DNA of 51,144 nucleotides. Source: Nanobdellota archaeon. Lineage in GTDB: Archaea > Nanobdellota > Nanobdellia > Woesearchaeales > WJIZ01. Below the pieces are notes generated by a model. It ran no database searches, was not told where the DNA came from, and worked only from the letters and a program-made list of their open reading frames with translations. Positions 8,998 to 18,585 of this stretch are shown here, one piece after another. Position numbers and translations under genes: made by a program. The stretch spans positions 1-51,144 of the forward strand of contig JAGLMD010000057.1 in assembly GCA_023140175.1 (NCBI GenBank), given 5' to 3'. Positions within the stretch are counted from its first letter, which is position 1. Each line of letters starts with the position of its first letter.

Positions 8998-10152
8998 ATG
9001 GACTTTAACTTCACTAAAAAACAACACCTGCTAAAGCAGACTATAGATGAATTCTGTGAAAAAGAGATAGTTCCATATGCAGATGATATTGACCATGAGC
9101 AGATATTCCCGGAAAAGCAGATAAAACTTCTTTCAAAGATGGGCATAATGGGTATGTCTATTCCAAAAGAATATGGCGGCGCGGAATTAGATAATGTTTC
9201 CCAGACAATAATAATGGAAGCAGTCTCAAAAGCCTGCGCCTCTACCTCTGTAACCATGGGTGCTCATACTTCATTAACTTGCTTTCCATTGGTTGCTTAT
9301 GGCACAAAGGACCAGAAACAAAGATTTCTTCCAAAGCTTGCATCTGGCGAATATCTGGGAGCATTCGCTCTTACAGAGCCAAACGCAGGCTCAGACGCAT
9401 CTAATGTAGAAACAACAGCTGTAAAAGACGGCGATGAATATATCATAAACGGCTCAAAGATATTCATAACTAACGGTGGTAAAGCAGATTTAATAAATAT
9501 AGTAGCTACAACAGACAAATCAAAAAAGCACCACGGCATATCAATCTTCACAGTAGAAACAAAAAAGGCAAAAGGATTTGAGATTGGCAAAAAAGAAGAC
9601 AAATTAGGCCTGAGAGGCTCAAATACCAACGAGATAATATTCAAAGATATGCGCCTTCCCAAAGAAAACCTTGTCGGCGGCATAGAAGGGATGGGTTTCA
9701 AGATAGCTATGGGTGTATTTGATTCAGGAAGAATTGGCATAGGTGTTCAGGGAGTAGGTATTGCTCAGGCAGCTTTTGATAAGGCTTTGCAGTATGTCAA
9801 TGAAAGAGAACAATTCGGAAGAAAACTTGCTAAATTCCAGGCAATGCAATTCTATTTAGCAGATATGGCAACAAGGATAGAGGCAGCCAGGTTGCTTTGT
9901 TATAAAGCAGCTTTCATAAAAGATCAAAAGAAAAAATATGCCCAGGTTGCAGCCATGGCCAAGCTTTATGGCTCTGAAGTTGCAATGTATTGTTCAAGGC
10001 TTTCTTTGCAGATTCATGGCGGTTACGGATTCATAAAAGATTATCCATTAGAAAGATTCTATAGAGATGCAAAAATAACAGAAATATATGAAGGGACATC
10101 AGAGATAATGAAGCTGGTTATAGCTGCCAATTTATTGGGAAAGGGATTCTAA
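8998..10152 (+). CDS. bcd: Short-chain acyl-CoA dehydrogenase (butyryl-CoA dehydrogenase-like)
   Basis: FALTEPNAGSDA, NGSKIFITNG, REQFG, QIHGGYG, IYEGTSE catalytic Glu. Confidence 0.92.
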   Translation: MDFNFTKKQHLLKQTIDEFCEKEIVPYADDIDHEQIFPEKQIKLLSKMGIMGMSIPKEYGGAELDNVSQTIIMEAVSKACASTSVTMGAHTSLTCFPLVAYGTKDQKQRFLPKLASGEYLGAFALTEPNAGSDASNVETTAVKDGDEYIINGSKIFITNGGKADLINIVATTDKSKKHHGISIFTVETKKAKGFEIGKKEDKLGLRGSNTNEIIFKDMRLPKENLVGGIEGMGFKIAMGVFDSGRIGIGVQGVGIAQAAFDKALQYVNEREQFGRKLAKFQAMQFYLADMATRIEAARLLCYKAAFIKDQKKKYAQVAAMAKLYGSEVAMYCSRLSLQIHGGYGFIKDYPLERFYRDAKITEIYEGTSEIMKLVIAANLLGKGF

Positions 10153-10932
10153 ATGAAAATAGTAGTATGTATGAAACAAGTACCAGATACAAATGAGATT
10201 AAGATAGATCAAAAAACAGGCACCTTGCAGAGAGAAGGCGTTCCTTCGATCATGAACCCAGAAGATAAGCATGCTTTATTAGCAGCATTAAATATAAAAG
10301 ACGCAGAAGTAATTGCACTATCAATGGGCCCACCTCAAGCTGAGATGATCTTAAGAGAAGCCCTTGCATACGGAGCAAACAAAGCCATCTTATTATGCGA
10401 TTTTGCCTTCGCAGGCTCAGACACAGCCGCAACATCATATACATTATCTAAAGCAATTGAAAAAATAAATCCAGATTTAATAGTATGTGGAAGACAGGCC
10501 ATTGATGGCGACACAGCGCAAGTAGGCCCGCAAATAGCCGAACTCCTGAATTTACCCCAAGCAACCTATGTTCAAAAGATAATAAAACTGGATAATGAAA
10601 AAGTAGAAATCCAGAAAGAAACAGAAATAGGCTATGATATAATGGAGCTAAATCTGCCGGCATTAATAACCTGTACCAATGACATATCAGAGATTGATTA
10701 TCCAAGCTTGCAGGGAATAAGCAAAGCATTCGAAGAAAACATAGAAACATGGAAAGCCACAGACTTGAAAGCAGATAAAGAAAGGCTTGGATTAAATGGT
10801 TCCCCTACCTGGGTAAACAAATCATTCACTCCCACTCATCAAAGACAAGGCAATATCCTTAAAGGCAATGTCAAGGAATTAGCTAAACAATTGGCAAAAG
10901 AATTCATCAGAAAAGAAATTGTAAAGGAATAA
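10153..10932 (+). CDS. etfB: Electron transfer flavoprotein beta subunit
   Basis: KQVPDT, SMGPPQA, FAGSDT.AT, GRQAIDGDTAQVG, GL.GSPT.V. Confidence 0.93.
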   Translation: MKIVVCMKQVPDTNEIKIDQKTGTLQREGVPSIMNPEDKHALLAALNIKDAEVIALSMGPPQAEMILREALAYGANKAILLCDFAFAGSDTAATSYTLSKAIEKINPDLIVCGRQAIDGDTAQVGPQIAELLNLPQATYVQKIIKLDNEKVEIQKETEIGYDIMELNLPALITCTNDISEIDYPSLQGISKAFEENIETWKATDLKADKERLGLNGSPTWVNKSFTPTHQRQGNILKGNVKELAKQLAKEFIRKEIVKE

Positions 10933-10933
10933 A

Positions 10934-12094
10934 ATGAAAATAAAATTATCAATAAATTACCCCTCTTCAGAGCTTCATATAGGCAATGGTATATTAATAA
11001 ATAAGGAATCTGATTGGTTAGAAGTCGAGGAAACCAAAGAAATCAAAGAAGCAATAGAAAAAGGATTTCTTGAATATGAAGGCAAATTAGAAAAAAAAGA
11101 AGAAAAAAAGGAAAAATCAGATAAAGATGAAATATGGATCTTCGCAGAAGCATTACATGGAAAATTAGCAAGGGTTGTTCTCGAATTATTGGGCAAGGGA
11201 AAAGAGCTTGCAGATTCCCTTAATGTTAAGTTATCTGTAATATTATTGACAGATAAGGACAATTATTCAAAAGAGCTGATTAGCTATGGCGCAGATAAAG
11301 TATATATTCTGGAAAATCCTCTTCTTAAAAACTATGATACTAACTTATTCGCAAAAGTAATTACAGAAGCAATAAAAAATTATGCACCCCAAATAGTTCT
11401 TTACGGCGCTACCCATATTGGCCGTGATCTAGCTCCAAGAATAGCAAGAAGACTTGATACTGGCTTGACAGCAGACTGTACTGGCTTAGATATAACTGAG
11501 AATAATGAGCTATTACAGACCCGGCCGGCTTTCGGTGGTAATCTGATGGCACAGATTTTGTGTAAAAAAAGGCCGCAGATGTCAACTGTCAGGCCAGGCG
11601 TTATGCAGATCATTCCTCAAGATAAAGACAAGAAAGGAGAAATAATCAAACTTGAAATAAAAATTTCTGAATCCGACTTAAGTACAAGATTAAAAGAATC
11701 AGTGAAATCTGCAAAAAAAGTAATTAACCTTGAAGAAGCAGAAATTATTGTATCAGGCGGCCGTGGTCTCTCATCACAAGAGAACTTCCATAAGCTCATA
11801 CCAGCATTTGCAAAAGTCCTTAATGCAGAAATAGGTTCATCAAGGGCAGCTGTTGATGCGGGCTGGATAGAAAAACCGCACCAGGTAGGTCAGACAGGAA
11901 AGACAGTAAGGCCAAAAGTCTATATTGCCTGCGGAATAAGTGGGGCAATACAGCATCGTGCAGGAATGCAGGATTCAGATTTAATCATAGCAATAAATAA
12001 AGATCCATCTGCACCAATATTCAAGATTGCAGATTATGGTTTCGTAGCTGACATAAATGAGTTTATCCCGGCATTCATAGAATCATTGAAATAA
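10934..12094 (+). CDS. etfA: Electron transfer flavoprotein alpha subunit with N-terminal extension
   Basis: GLTADCT, TRPAFGGN, QVGQTGKTVRP, GISGAIQH, INKD..APIF. Confidence 0.93.
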   Translation: MKIKLSINYPSSELHIGNGILINKESDWLEVEETKEIKEAIEKGFLEYEGKLEKKEEKKEKSDKDEIWIFAEALHGKLARVVLELLGKGKELADSLNVKLSVILLTDKDNYSKELISYGADKVYILENPLLKNYDTNLFAKVITEAIKNYAPQIVLYGATHIGRDLAPRIARRLDTGLTADCTGLDITENNELLQTRPAFGGNLMAQILCKKRPQMSTVRPGVMQIIPQDKDKKGEIIKLEIKISESDLSTRLKESVKSAKKVINLEEAEIIVSGGRGLSSQENFHKLIPAFAKVLNAEIGSSRAAVDAGWIEKPHQVGQTGKTVRPKVYIACGISGAIQHRAGMQDSDLIIAINKDPSAPIFKIADYGFVADINEFIPAFIESLK

Positions 12095-12096
12095 AA

Positions 12097-12756
12097 ATGG
12101 CATATCCTTTTGCAAAAATTTTTCTTGGTAGTTTTATAAGGTTATACATGCGAAAGACAACAGGCATAGAGAATATTCCAAAAAACAAAGCATATATCGT
12201 AGCTCCAAACCATTCAAGCTATGCTGATGATCTTATTGCACCATATACTATGATAGCATATGGAAAAAAGAAGCTGCATATTTTTGTTAACTCAAGATTC
12301 TACAAAAATTTTTTTTTAATAAAATTACTGGATCATTTCGGCTGCATCAGGGTTGATGTAAGCAAAGATGTAAAAGACGAAGAAAAAAGAAAAAAGACAA
12401 ATGAAAAAGCATTTAAGATTGCCCTGGAAGGCCTTAAAAATGGTGATATTCTCATTATATTTCCAGAAGGAGGAAGAAGCCAAAACGGAAAATTGAAAAA
12501 AGCAAAAACAGGGATTGCTAAAGCAGCACTGGCTGCAAAGGTGCCTGTTCTGCCAATGGGTATAAAAGGTTCATATGAAATTATGCCAAAAGGCGCAAAA
12601 CTCCCTAAATTTAAGAAGGCAGATATTATAATCGGCAAGCCGATGTATTTTGATAAATATTATGGAAAAGAGAAAGATTATAAAACACTCGAGACAGTTA
12701 CCACATTGATCATGAAGGAAATCGCAAAGTTAACAAATCAGGATTATAATTATTAA
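12097..12756 (+). CDS. plsC: PlsC-family lysophospholipid acyltransferase, copy 1
   Basis: NHSSYAD (HX4D) and FPEGGRS motifs. Confidence 0.88.
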   Translation: MAYPFAKIFLGSFIRLYMRKTTGIENIPKNKAYIVAPNHSSYADDLIAPYTMIAYGKKKLHIFVNSRFYKNFFLIKLLDHFGCIRVDVSKDVKDEEKRKKTNEKAFKIALEGLKNGDILIIFPEGGRSQNGKLKKAKTGIAKAALAAKVPVLPMGIKGSYEIMPKGAKLPKFKKADIIIGKPMYFDKYYGKEKDYKTLETVTTLIMKEIAKLTNQDYNY

Positions 12757-12757
12757 A

Positions 12758-13399
12758 ATGGCATACCAAATAACAAGCAGGGTTATTTCACTTCTAATTA
12801 AGCCATGGACAGGGCTGTGTACAGGAATCCATAATATACCTGCTGATAAAGGTGTTATCCTTGCTGCAAACCATTCATCTTATCTTGACCATTTTATCGT
12901 AGGCTGTAGTATCTTTCTAAACCTGAATAAAGCTGCATATTATCTTGCTAAGAAAGAGCACTTTGATACATTTTTCCAAAGAAAATGGCATCAATTCCTG
13001 CCAGCCATACCTATAGATAGGGAAACATGCGGCAGAGAAGCATTATCAAAAGCAGTAGAACATCTCAAGAAAGGGAATTTAATTATGATATATCCAGAGG
13101 GAACAAGAACCATTACAGGTAAGATGAATCGTGCTAAAACAGGAGTAGCAAGATTAGCATTAGCCGCAAAAGCCCCGGTAATACCCATGGGTATTACAAA
13201 TACCTTCAAAATTTGGCCCAAGGAAAAAAAAATACCCAGATTTGGAAAGAAAGCAGATTTAAATATAGGAAATCCGCTTTATTTCGATAAATACTATGGA
13301 AAAGATGATGACAAAAAAGCATTGAGAAAAGTAACAACACTAATAATGAATGAAATAGCAAAACTTTCGCATCAAAAATATGAATTCGATCAGGAATAA
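12758..13399 (+). CDS. plsC: PlsC-family lysophospholipid acyltransferase, copy 2
   Basis: NHSSYLD (HX4D) and YPEGTRT motifs. Confidence 0.88.
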   Translation: MAYQITSRVISLLIKPWTGLCTGIHNIPADKGVILAANHSSYLDHFIVGCSIFLNLNKAAYYLAKKEHFDTFFQRKWHQFLPAIPIDRETCGREALSKAVEHLKKGNLIMIYPEGTRTITGKMNRAKTGVARLALAAKAPVIPMGITNTFKIWPKEKKIPRFGKKADLNIGNPLYFDKYYGKDDDKKALRKVTTLIMNEIAKLSHQKYEFDQE

Positions 13400-13404
13400 C
13401 TAAA

Positions 13405-14388
13405 ATGAAAATAGCAATCATTGGTGCAGGAAGCTGGGGCACAACCCTGGCAAATCTTTTGGCAGAAAACAATCCTGATAAAGAAGTTATTTTATGGGCC
13501 AGAGAAACAGAGGTTATAGATTCTATAGAAAATGAAAATGAAAATGAATTATTCTTACCAGGGATAAAACTCTCAGAAAACCTAAAATCAACCGCAGACT
13601 TAGAAAAAGCTGTTTCAGATGCAGATATATTAGTCACAGCGATTCCATCTCAGTTTCTAAGGGAAAAAGCCAAAGAAATAAACAAATATATTAAAGAAAA
13701 CTCTATAATAGTAAATGTAGCAAAGGGATTTGAAATTGATACTTTTAAGAGGATGTCTGAAATATTGAAGGAAGAGCTTCCTCCATCAATTAAAATTGCA
13801 GTTCTCTCCGGCCCAAATCATGCTGAAGAAGTTAGTAGAAAAATCCCAACAGCCACAGTAATAGCCTCAACAGAAACTGATTTAGAAAATCTCAGGAAGA
13901 TTTTTGAGACAGATTATTTCAAAGTATATGCCCATGATGATGTCATTGGCTTAGAAGTTTGTGCTGCAGTAAAGAACATTACTGCAATCGCAACAGGAGT
14001 TATTGCAGCTCTTGGTTTAGGTGATAATGCAACTGGTTCAATAATAACTCTTGGCCTAAGAGAAATGGTCAGATTAGGCAGGCACTTAGGCGCAAGACAG
14101 GAAACATTCTATGGTTTAGCAGGAGTGGGCGACTTAGTAGCTACATGCACATCCAAACTCTCAAGAAATAGAAAAGCAGGTAATTTAATCACAAAAGGCC
14201 TCGATGCTGAAGGAATAATGGAAGCTATGCATGGTATGGTAGCAGAAGGAATAATGACATCTAAGGCAGTCCATGAATATGCAGAAAAAAATAAACTCTA
14301 TTTACCATTGACAGCCCAGGTATATAGCGTTCTTTTTGAAAAAAAAGAATTAAACCAGGCAATAACTGACTTAAAAAAATTAATATAA
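13405..14388 (+). CDS. gpsA: NAD(P)H-dependent glycerol-3-phosphate dehydrogenase
   Basis: GAGSWGT, LSGPNHAEEV, KN..AIA.G, GLAGVGDLVATC.S..SRN, VAEG. Confidence 0.95.
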   Translation: MKIAIIGAGSWGTTLANLLAENNPDKEVILWARETEVIDSIENENENELFLPGIKLSENLKSTADLEKAVSDADILVTAIPSQFLREKAKEINKYIKENSIIVNVAKGFEIDTFKRMSEILKEELPPSIKIAVLSGPNHAEEVSRKIPTATVIASTETDLENLRKIFETDYFKVYAHDDVIGLEVCAAVKNITAIATGVIAALGLGDNATGSIITLGLREMVRLGRHLGARQETFYGLAGVGDLVATCTSKLSRNRKAGNLITKGLDAEGIMEAMHGMVAEGIMTSKAVHEYAEKNKLYLPLTAQVYSVLFEKKELNQAITDLKKLI

Positions 14389-14405
14389 TAATTGTAATAT
14401 AACAA

Positions 14406-15005
14406 TTATTCTTCTGTAAATTCATCTATGCTTTCTTTCAGTTCATCTTTCTGGTCTAATATTCCCCTATTTCTCAGATATTCCCTGGCCAATAACCAGA
14501 AAAATAATCCAAGGCTCTTCTTTCCTTTATTGTTGCATGGCACAACAAGATCAATATAATTTGACTGGTTGTTTGTATCACAAAGCGCGATAACAGGAAT
14601 CCCAATCTTATTAGCATCTTTTATTGCATTTCTGTCTGGCCACGAATCAGTAATTAATAGGACTCTAGCCTCAACAAAATTCTTAAGTTCAGGGTTAGTC
14701 AATATTCCTGGGGGGTATCTTCCTGCAAAAACCCTTGTTCCTGTAGATTTTGAAAAAGCCTTGACAGATTTCCAGGAATTTTCTCTTCTGGATACTATCA
14801 GTATTTCTTCTGGCTTGTACTTTCCAAGTAAATTTGCTGCTATCCTTATTCTCTCATCAATCTTTTGCAGATTCAGGACAGACAATCCATCAGGCCTTGT
14901 TTTGTATATGAAGTCTGCCATATACTTTGTCTTGAATTTTGTGCCTATATGTATGCCTGATTTTAAATATCCTTCCTGCGATATTAAAAACTGTGCTTCT
15001 GTCAT
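14406..15005 (-). CDS. rps2: 30S ribosomal protein uS2, archaeal type
   Basis: YLKSGIHIGTK, RPDGL, GRYPPGILTNP, IPVIALCDTNN, PCNNKGKKS; GAGGAGG SD. Confidence 0.96.
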   Translation of the reverse strand: MTEAQFLISQEGYLKSGIHIGTKFKTKYMADFIYKTRPDGLSVLNLQKIDERIRIAANLLGKYKPEEILIVSRRENSWKSVKAFSKSTGTRVFAGRYPPGILTNPELKNFVEARVLLITDSWPDRNAIKDANKIGIPVIALCDTNNQSNYIDLVVPCNNKGKKSLGLFFWLLAREYLRNRGILDQKDELKESIDEFTEE

Positions 15006-15135
15006 CTTAATTCCTCCTCAAAATTACAATATATCTGCCCTATATTTTTATGACCTCGATAAGGCAATTGCAAGGCTTCAAGTATCAGCTTTGCCTTCGG
15101 TAATATCTCTTAGAAATCAATTTCCTTTTATAAAA

Positions 15136-15663
15136 CTATGCTTCAAATTCCTCCAAATTTTCATAAACAGGGCCGCCAGGAGTTAGTATACTTTTTATAA
15201 GCTTAAATCCATTCACCTTAAAATGTTTTTTTCCAATATCAATATCTAAAACATTTTTCTTCAATTCTTCTTTATCTCTGACAAACTTAACTCTCGCTAA
15301 GGTTATATGCGGATGAAAGTTTTTCTCTTTTGAAAAAATATCAGACAAACATTTATCTATGCTTTGCTGCAAATCCCTTACTCTTTGATTGTTCTCAATC
15401 CCTATCCAAATTACTTTGATATATTTTTCATTGGGAAAAAATCCTATTCTATCAGCACACAACTCAAATGCTTCAAACTTTACTCTTGCCAGCCTTTCTT
15501 TTATTTTCTCAATCTCTTTTTCACCTATTTCTCCAAGAAACTTCAATGTTAAGTGGTAATTCTTAGTGAATATTAATTTTAGTGAACTAGAATCAATCTT
15601 ATCTTGTATACCTCTAAAGAAATCCCCGCAAGAATCAAGCTCAATCGCAATAAATAGCCTCAT
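15136..15663 (-). CDS. thpR: RNA 2',3'-cyclic phosphodiesterase (2H family)
   Basis: MRLFIAI, HLTLKFLG, PHITLAR, S.LTP.GPVY. Confidence 0.93.
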   Translation of the reverse strand: MRLFIAIELDSCGDFFRGIQDKIDSSSLKLIFTKNYHLTLKFLGEIGEKEIEKIKERLARVKFEAFELCADRIGFFPNEKYIKVIWIGIENNQRVRDLQQSIDKCLSDIFSKEKNFHPHITLARVKFVRDKEELKKNVLDIDIGKKHFKVNGFKLIKSILTPGGPVYENLEEFEA

Positions 15664-15734
15664 AAATTATTTATATCAAATAATATTTATAAAATTAGTT
15701 ATAAATAAAAAAACAAGAAATAAAAAATAAGAAT

Positions 15735-16160
15735 TTAATCCTCTTTTTTATCTTCTTCTGCTTCTTCTCCAAAATCCTCAGTATCTTTAGACTCTTCTTC
15801 TGCAGGTTCAGCATCAGAACTTTCTTCTTTCGGCTCTTCTTTAGAAACATCAGAACTTTCTTCTTTCGGCTCTTCTCCAAAGTCTTCGGTATTCTGGGGC
15901 TCTTCTTCCTTTTCTTCACCCACAATTCCTTCAGCCTTGCCCACAACTTCAGCAAAACCGACATTTCTCAAAACCTTTGTTATCTTTATTCTGACTTCAT
16001 CCCCTTCTTTTGCACCGGGTACAAAAAGAACAAATCCTTTTTCCTTTGCTATACCGTCGCCTTTTTCTCCTACTGCATCTATTTTTACATCTATCTCTTG
16101 GCCAACATTAACAGGAGCAAAACCCCTCTGGCCTCCAAATCCACTTCTATCTTGGTACAT
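15735..16160 (-). CDS. Single TRAM-domain RNA-binding protein with acidic repeat tail
   Basis: APVNVGQEIDVKIDAVGEKGDGIAK..GFVLFVPG...FAEV; GGAGG SD supports ATG at 16160. Confidence 0.9.
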   Translation of the reverse strand: MYQDRSGFGGQRGFAPVNVGQEIDVKIDAVGEKGDGIAKEKGFVLFVPGAKEGDEVRIKITKVLRNVGFAEVVGKAEGIVGEEKEEEPQNTEDFGEEPKEESSDVSKEEPKEESSDAEPAEEESKDTEDFGEEAEEDKKED

Positions 16161-16327
16161 ACTTACTTCCTCCAATATATCTACTAAGTGCCAAAGCACT
16201 AATAATTGCACAAACTATGTACAATAAAGAGGGAGTTAACAAAGTAGTATATAAATCTGACGCATATTTTGTTTCAATCTAAATATTTTTAAATAGCCCC
16301 CTATATCTAAATCAGGAGGTAATCAAA

Positions 16328-17464
16328 ATGGTTAATTACAGAATAGCAAAAATACCAGGTGATGGGATAGGCCCAGAAATAATAATAGAAGGTGTTAAAG
16401 TACTCGAAAAAGCATCTGAATTAAATAATTTTGAAATTGACTGGATCAAATATGATAATGGGGCAGAGAAATATCTTAAAACAGGAGAATTAATAACAGA
16501 AGATACTCTGAAGGAGATAAAAACTACCTGCAAATCAATTTACCTGGGCGCCTTAGGCGATCCCAGATGCAGGCCGGGAATCCTTGAAAAGGGAATTCTT
16601 CTTAAAACAAGATTTTACTTTGATCAATATGTAAATTTAAGGCCGATAAAACTGCTTGAGGGCGTATGGTGTCCTCTCAAAGACAAAACACCCAAAGATA
16701 TAGACTTCACAGTAGTCAGGGAAAACACAGAGGATTTTTACGTGGGAATAGGTAATAGGGCTAAAAAAGGAAGCTCAAAACAGGAACTTGAGGTGGTAAG
16801 GTCAATCTACCATGCAAAATTTAGTTTAGATATAGAAACTGATGATGATGAAATTGCATACCAAATCGGAGTTATGAGCAAAAAAGGTGCCCGGAGAGTA
16901 ATAAAATACGGCTTTGAATTAGCAAAAAAGGAAAATGTTGGCACAGCATACTTTGTAGATAAGGCAAATGTCCTTTCAGATATATATGGTTTCTGGCGTG
17001 AGAATATTGAAGATATTTCAAAATCTTACCCAAATATTAAGCCGGAATATATGTTTGTTGATGCCATAACAATGTGGTTTGTAAAAAATCCTGAGTGGTT
17101 CAAGGTGGTTACAACACCTAATATGTTTGGTGATATTATAACTGACCTGGGTGCAATGATTCAGGGAGGTCTTGGCTTAGCTCCAGGCGGAAATATCAAT
17201 CCGGGCGGCATTTCAATGTTTGAGCCAATTCACGGGTCAGCTCCGAAATATAAGGGCATGAATGTTGCGAATCCGTTAGCCACAATATGGGCAGGAGCAA
17301 TGATGCTTGATGAAATAGGCCAGCAAAAGGCTGCTGAGCAGATTATAAATGCTATTCAGGAGATATTAAAAGAAGGAAAAGTAAAGACAAAAGACTTGGG
17401 CGGCACTAATTCAACATCCGAGGTAGGGGATGCTGTTGTCAAGAAGATTGAAGATATGCAGTAA
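16328..17464 (+). CDS. leuB: Isopropylmalate/isocitrate/tartrate dehydrogenase family (probable LeuB)
   Basis: [36 protein letters not shown]. Confidence 0.75.
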   Translation: MVNYRIAKIPGDGIGPEIIIEGVKVLEKASELNNFEIDWIKYDNGAEKYLKTGELITEDTLKEIKTTCKSIYLGALGDPRCRPGILEKGILLKTRFYFDQYVNLRPIKLLEGVWCPLKDKTPKDIDFTVVRENTEDFYVGIGNRAKKGSSKQELEVVRSIYHAKFSLDIETDDDEIAYQIGVMSKKGARRVIKYGFELAKKENVGTAYFVDKANVLSDIYGFWRENIEDISKSYPNIKPEYMFVDAITMWFVKNPEWFKVVTTPNMFGDIITDLGAMIQGGLGLAPGGNINPGGISMFEPIHGSAPKYKGMNVANPLATIWAGAMMLDEIGQQKAAEQIINAIQEILKEGKVKTKDLGGTNSTSEVGDAVVKKIEDMQ

Positions 17465-17498
17465 TTTTATAAAATATAATAATATAAAAGGTGAGAAT

Positions 17499-18500
17499 AT
17501 GGTAAATATATTACATGATAAGGATGCAGATTTATCTGCGTTAGATAGCAAGACTATTGCAGTTATTGGCTATGGCAGCCAAGGCAGTGCACAAGCACAG
17601 ATGATGAAAGATTCGGGTATTAGTGTTATTATTGGCGAAACAGAAGTCCTTGGAGATAAGCCAAATCCAAGCTGGAATAAAGCAAAAGAAGATGGATTTG
17701 AAGTTATGGCCATAAGCGATGCAGCAGAAAAAGCAGACGTTATTCACATGCTGCTTCCAGATGAATTTCACAGGCCAGTATATAAAGAGCAGGTTGAAAA
17801 ACATATGAAAGCCGGCAAAACCTTAAGTTGCTCTCATGGTTTCAATATTGTATATAAACAGATAGTTCCACCTGAAGAAGTAGATGTTATTATGGTTGCT
17901 CCAAAAGCTCCAGCTACAGAAGAGCTTAAAGCATACAAAGCAGGTTTTGGTGTTCCTGGTTTAATAGCAATAAAAAAAGATGCTTCCGGGAAAGCAAGAG
18001 ATATTGCTCTGGCAATGGCAAAAGCTATGCGTTTCACAAGAGCAGGTGTCTTGGAATGTACTTTCGAGCAGGAGACATACGAAGATCTATTTGGAGAACA
18101 GAATGTTCTTTGCGGCGGAACAGTAGACCTGGTAAAATATGGCTTTGAGGTATTGACAGAAGCAGGCTATCCTCCTGAAATGGCTTATTTTGAATGCCTT
18201 CACGAATTGAAGCTTATTGTAGACCTTATTTACGAAGGCGGCATTCAGAAGATGAATGCAGTTATCTCAAACACAGCAGAATTCGGTGAATATTACAACG
18301 GCCCCAGGATTATAGGGCCGGAAGTAAAGGAAAAGATGAAAGAATCCTTAAAAAGGATTGAAGACGGTTCTTTTGCTAAAGATTGGCTGGAAGAGAGCAG
18401 AAACGGCGCACCAAATCTCCTTGCAAAGAGAAAAGCATTGGGGGATCACCCAATAGAGATTGTCGGAAGAAAGATTAGGGCGTTGTTTGAGAAAAAATAA
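17499..18500 (+). CDS. ilvC: Ketol-acid reductoisomerase
   Basis: IGYGSQG, SHGFNI, MVAPK.P, ET.EDLFGEQ.VLCGG, AYFECLHELKLIVDL; GGTGAG SD supports ATG at 17499. Confidence 0.95.
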   Translation: MVNILHDKDADLSALDSKTIAVIGYGSQGSAQAQMMKDSGISVIIGETEVLGDKPNPSWNKAKEDGFEVMAISDAAEKADVIHMLLPDEFHRPVYKEQVEKHMKAGKTLSCSHGFNIVYKQIVPPEEVDVIMVAPKAPATEELKAYKAGFGVPGLIAIKKDASGKARDIALAMAKAMRFTRAGVLECTFEQETYEDLFGEQNVLCGGTVDLVKYGFEVLTEAGYPPEMAYFECLHELKLIVDLIYEGGIQKMNAVISNTAEFGEYYNGPRIIGPEVKEKMKESLKRIEDGSFAKDWLEESRNGAPNLLAKRKALGDHPIEIVGRKIRALFEKK

Positions 18501-18585
18501 GAAGGCGCAATTCTTCTTTAATTTCTTACTTCTTTCTATTCTAAAATAATTAAATTTAAATAAAATTTAATTCTTAGCTTTAATC

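Noticed and set aside
14569-15186. 205-aa plus-strand ORF
   Set aside because: Antisense shadow of rps2; no recognisable motifs. The same applies to the many short antisense ORFs in the track.
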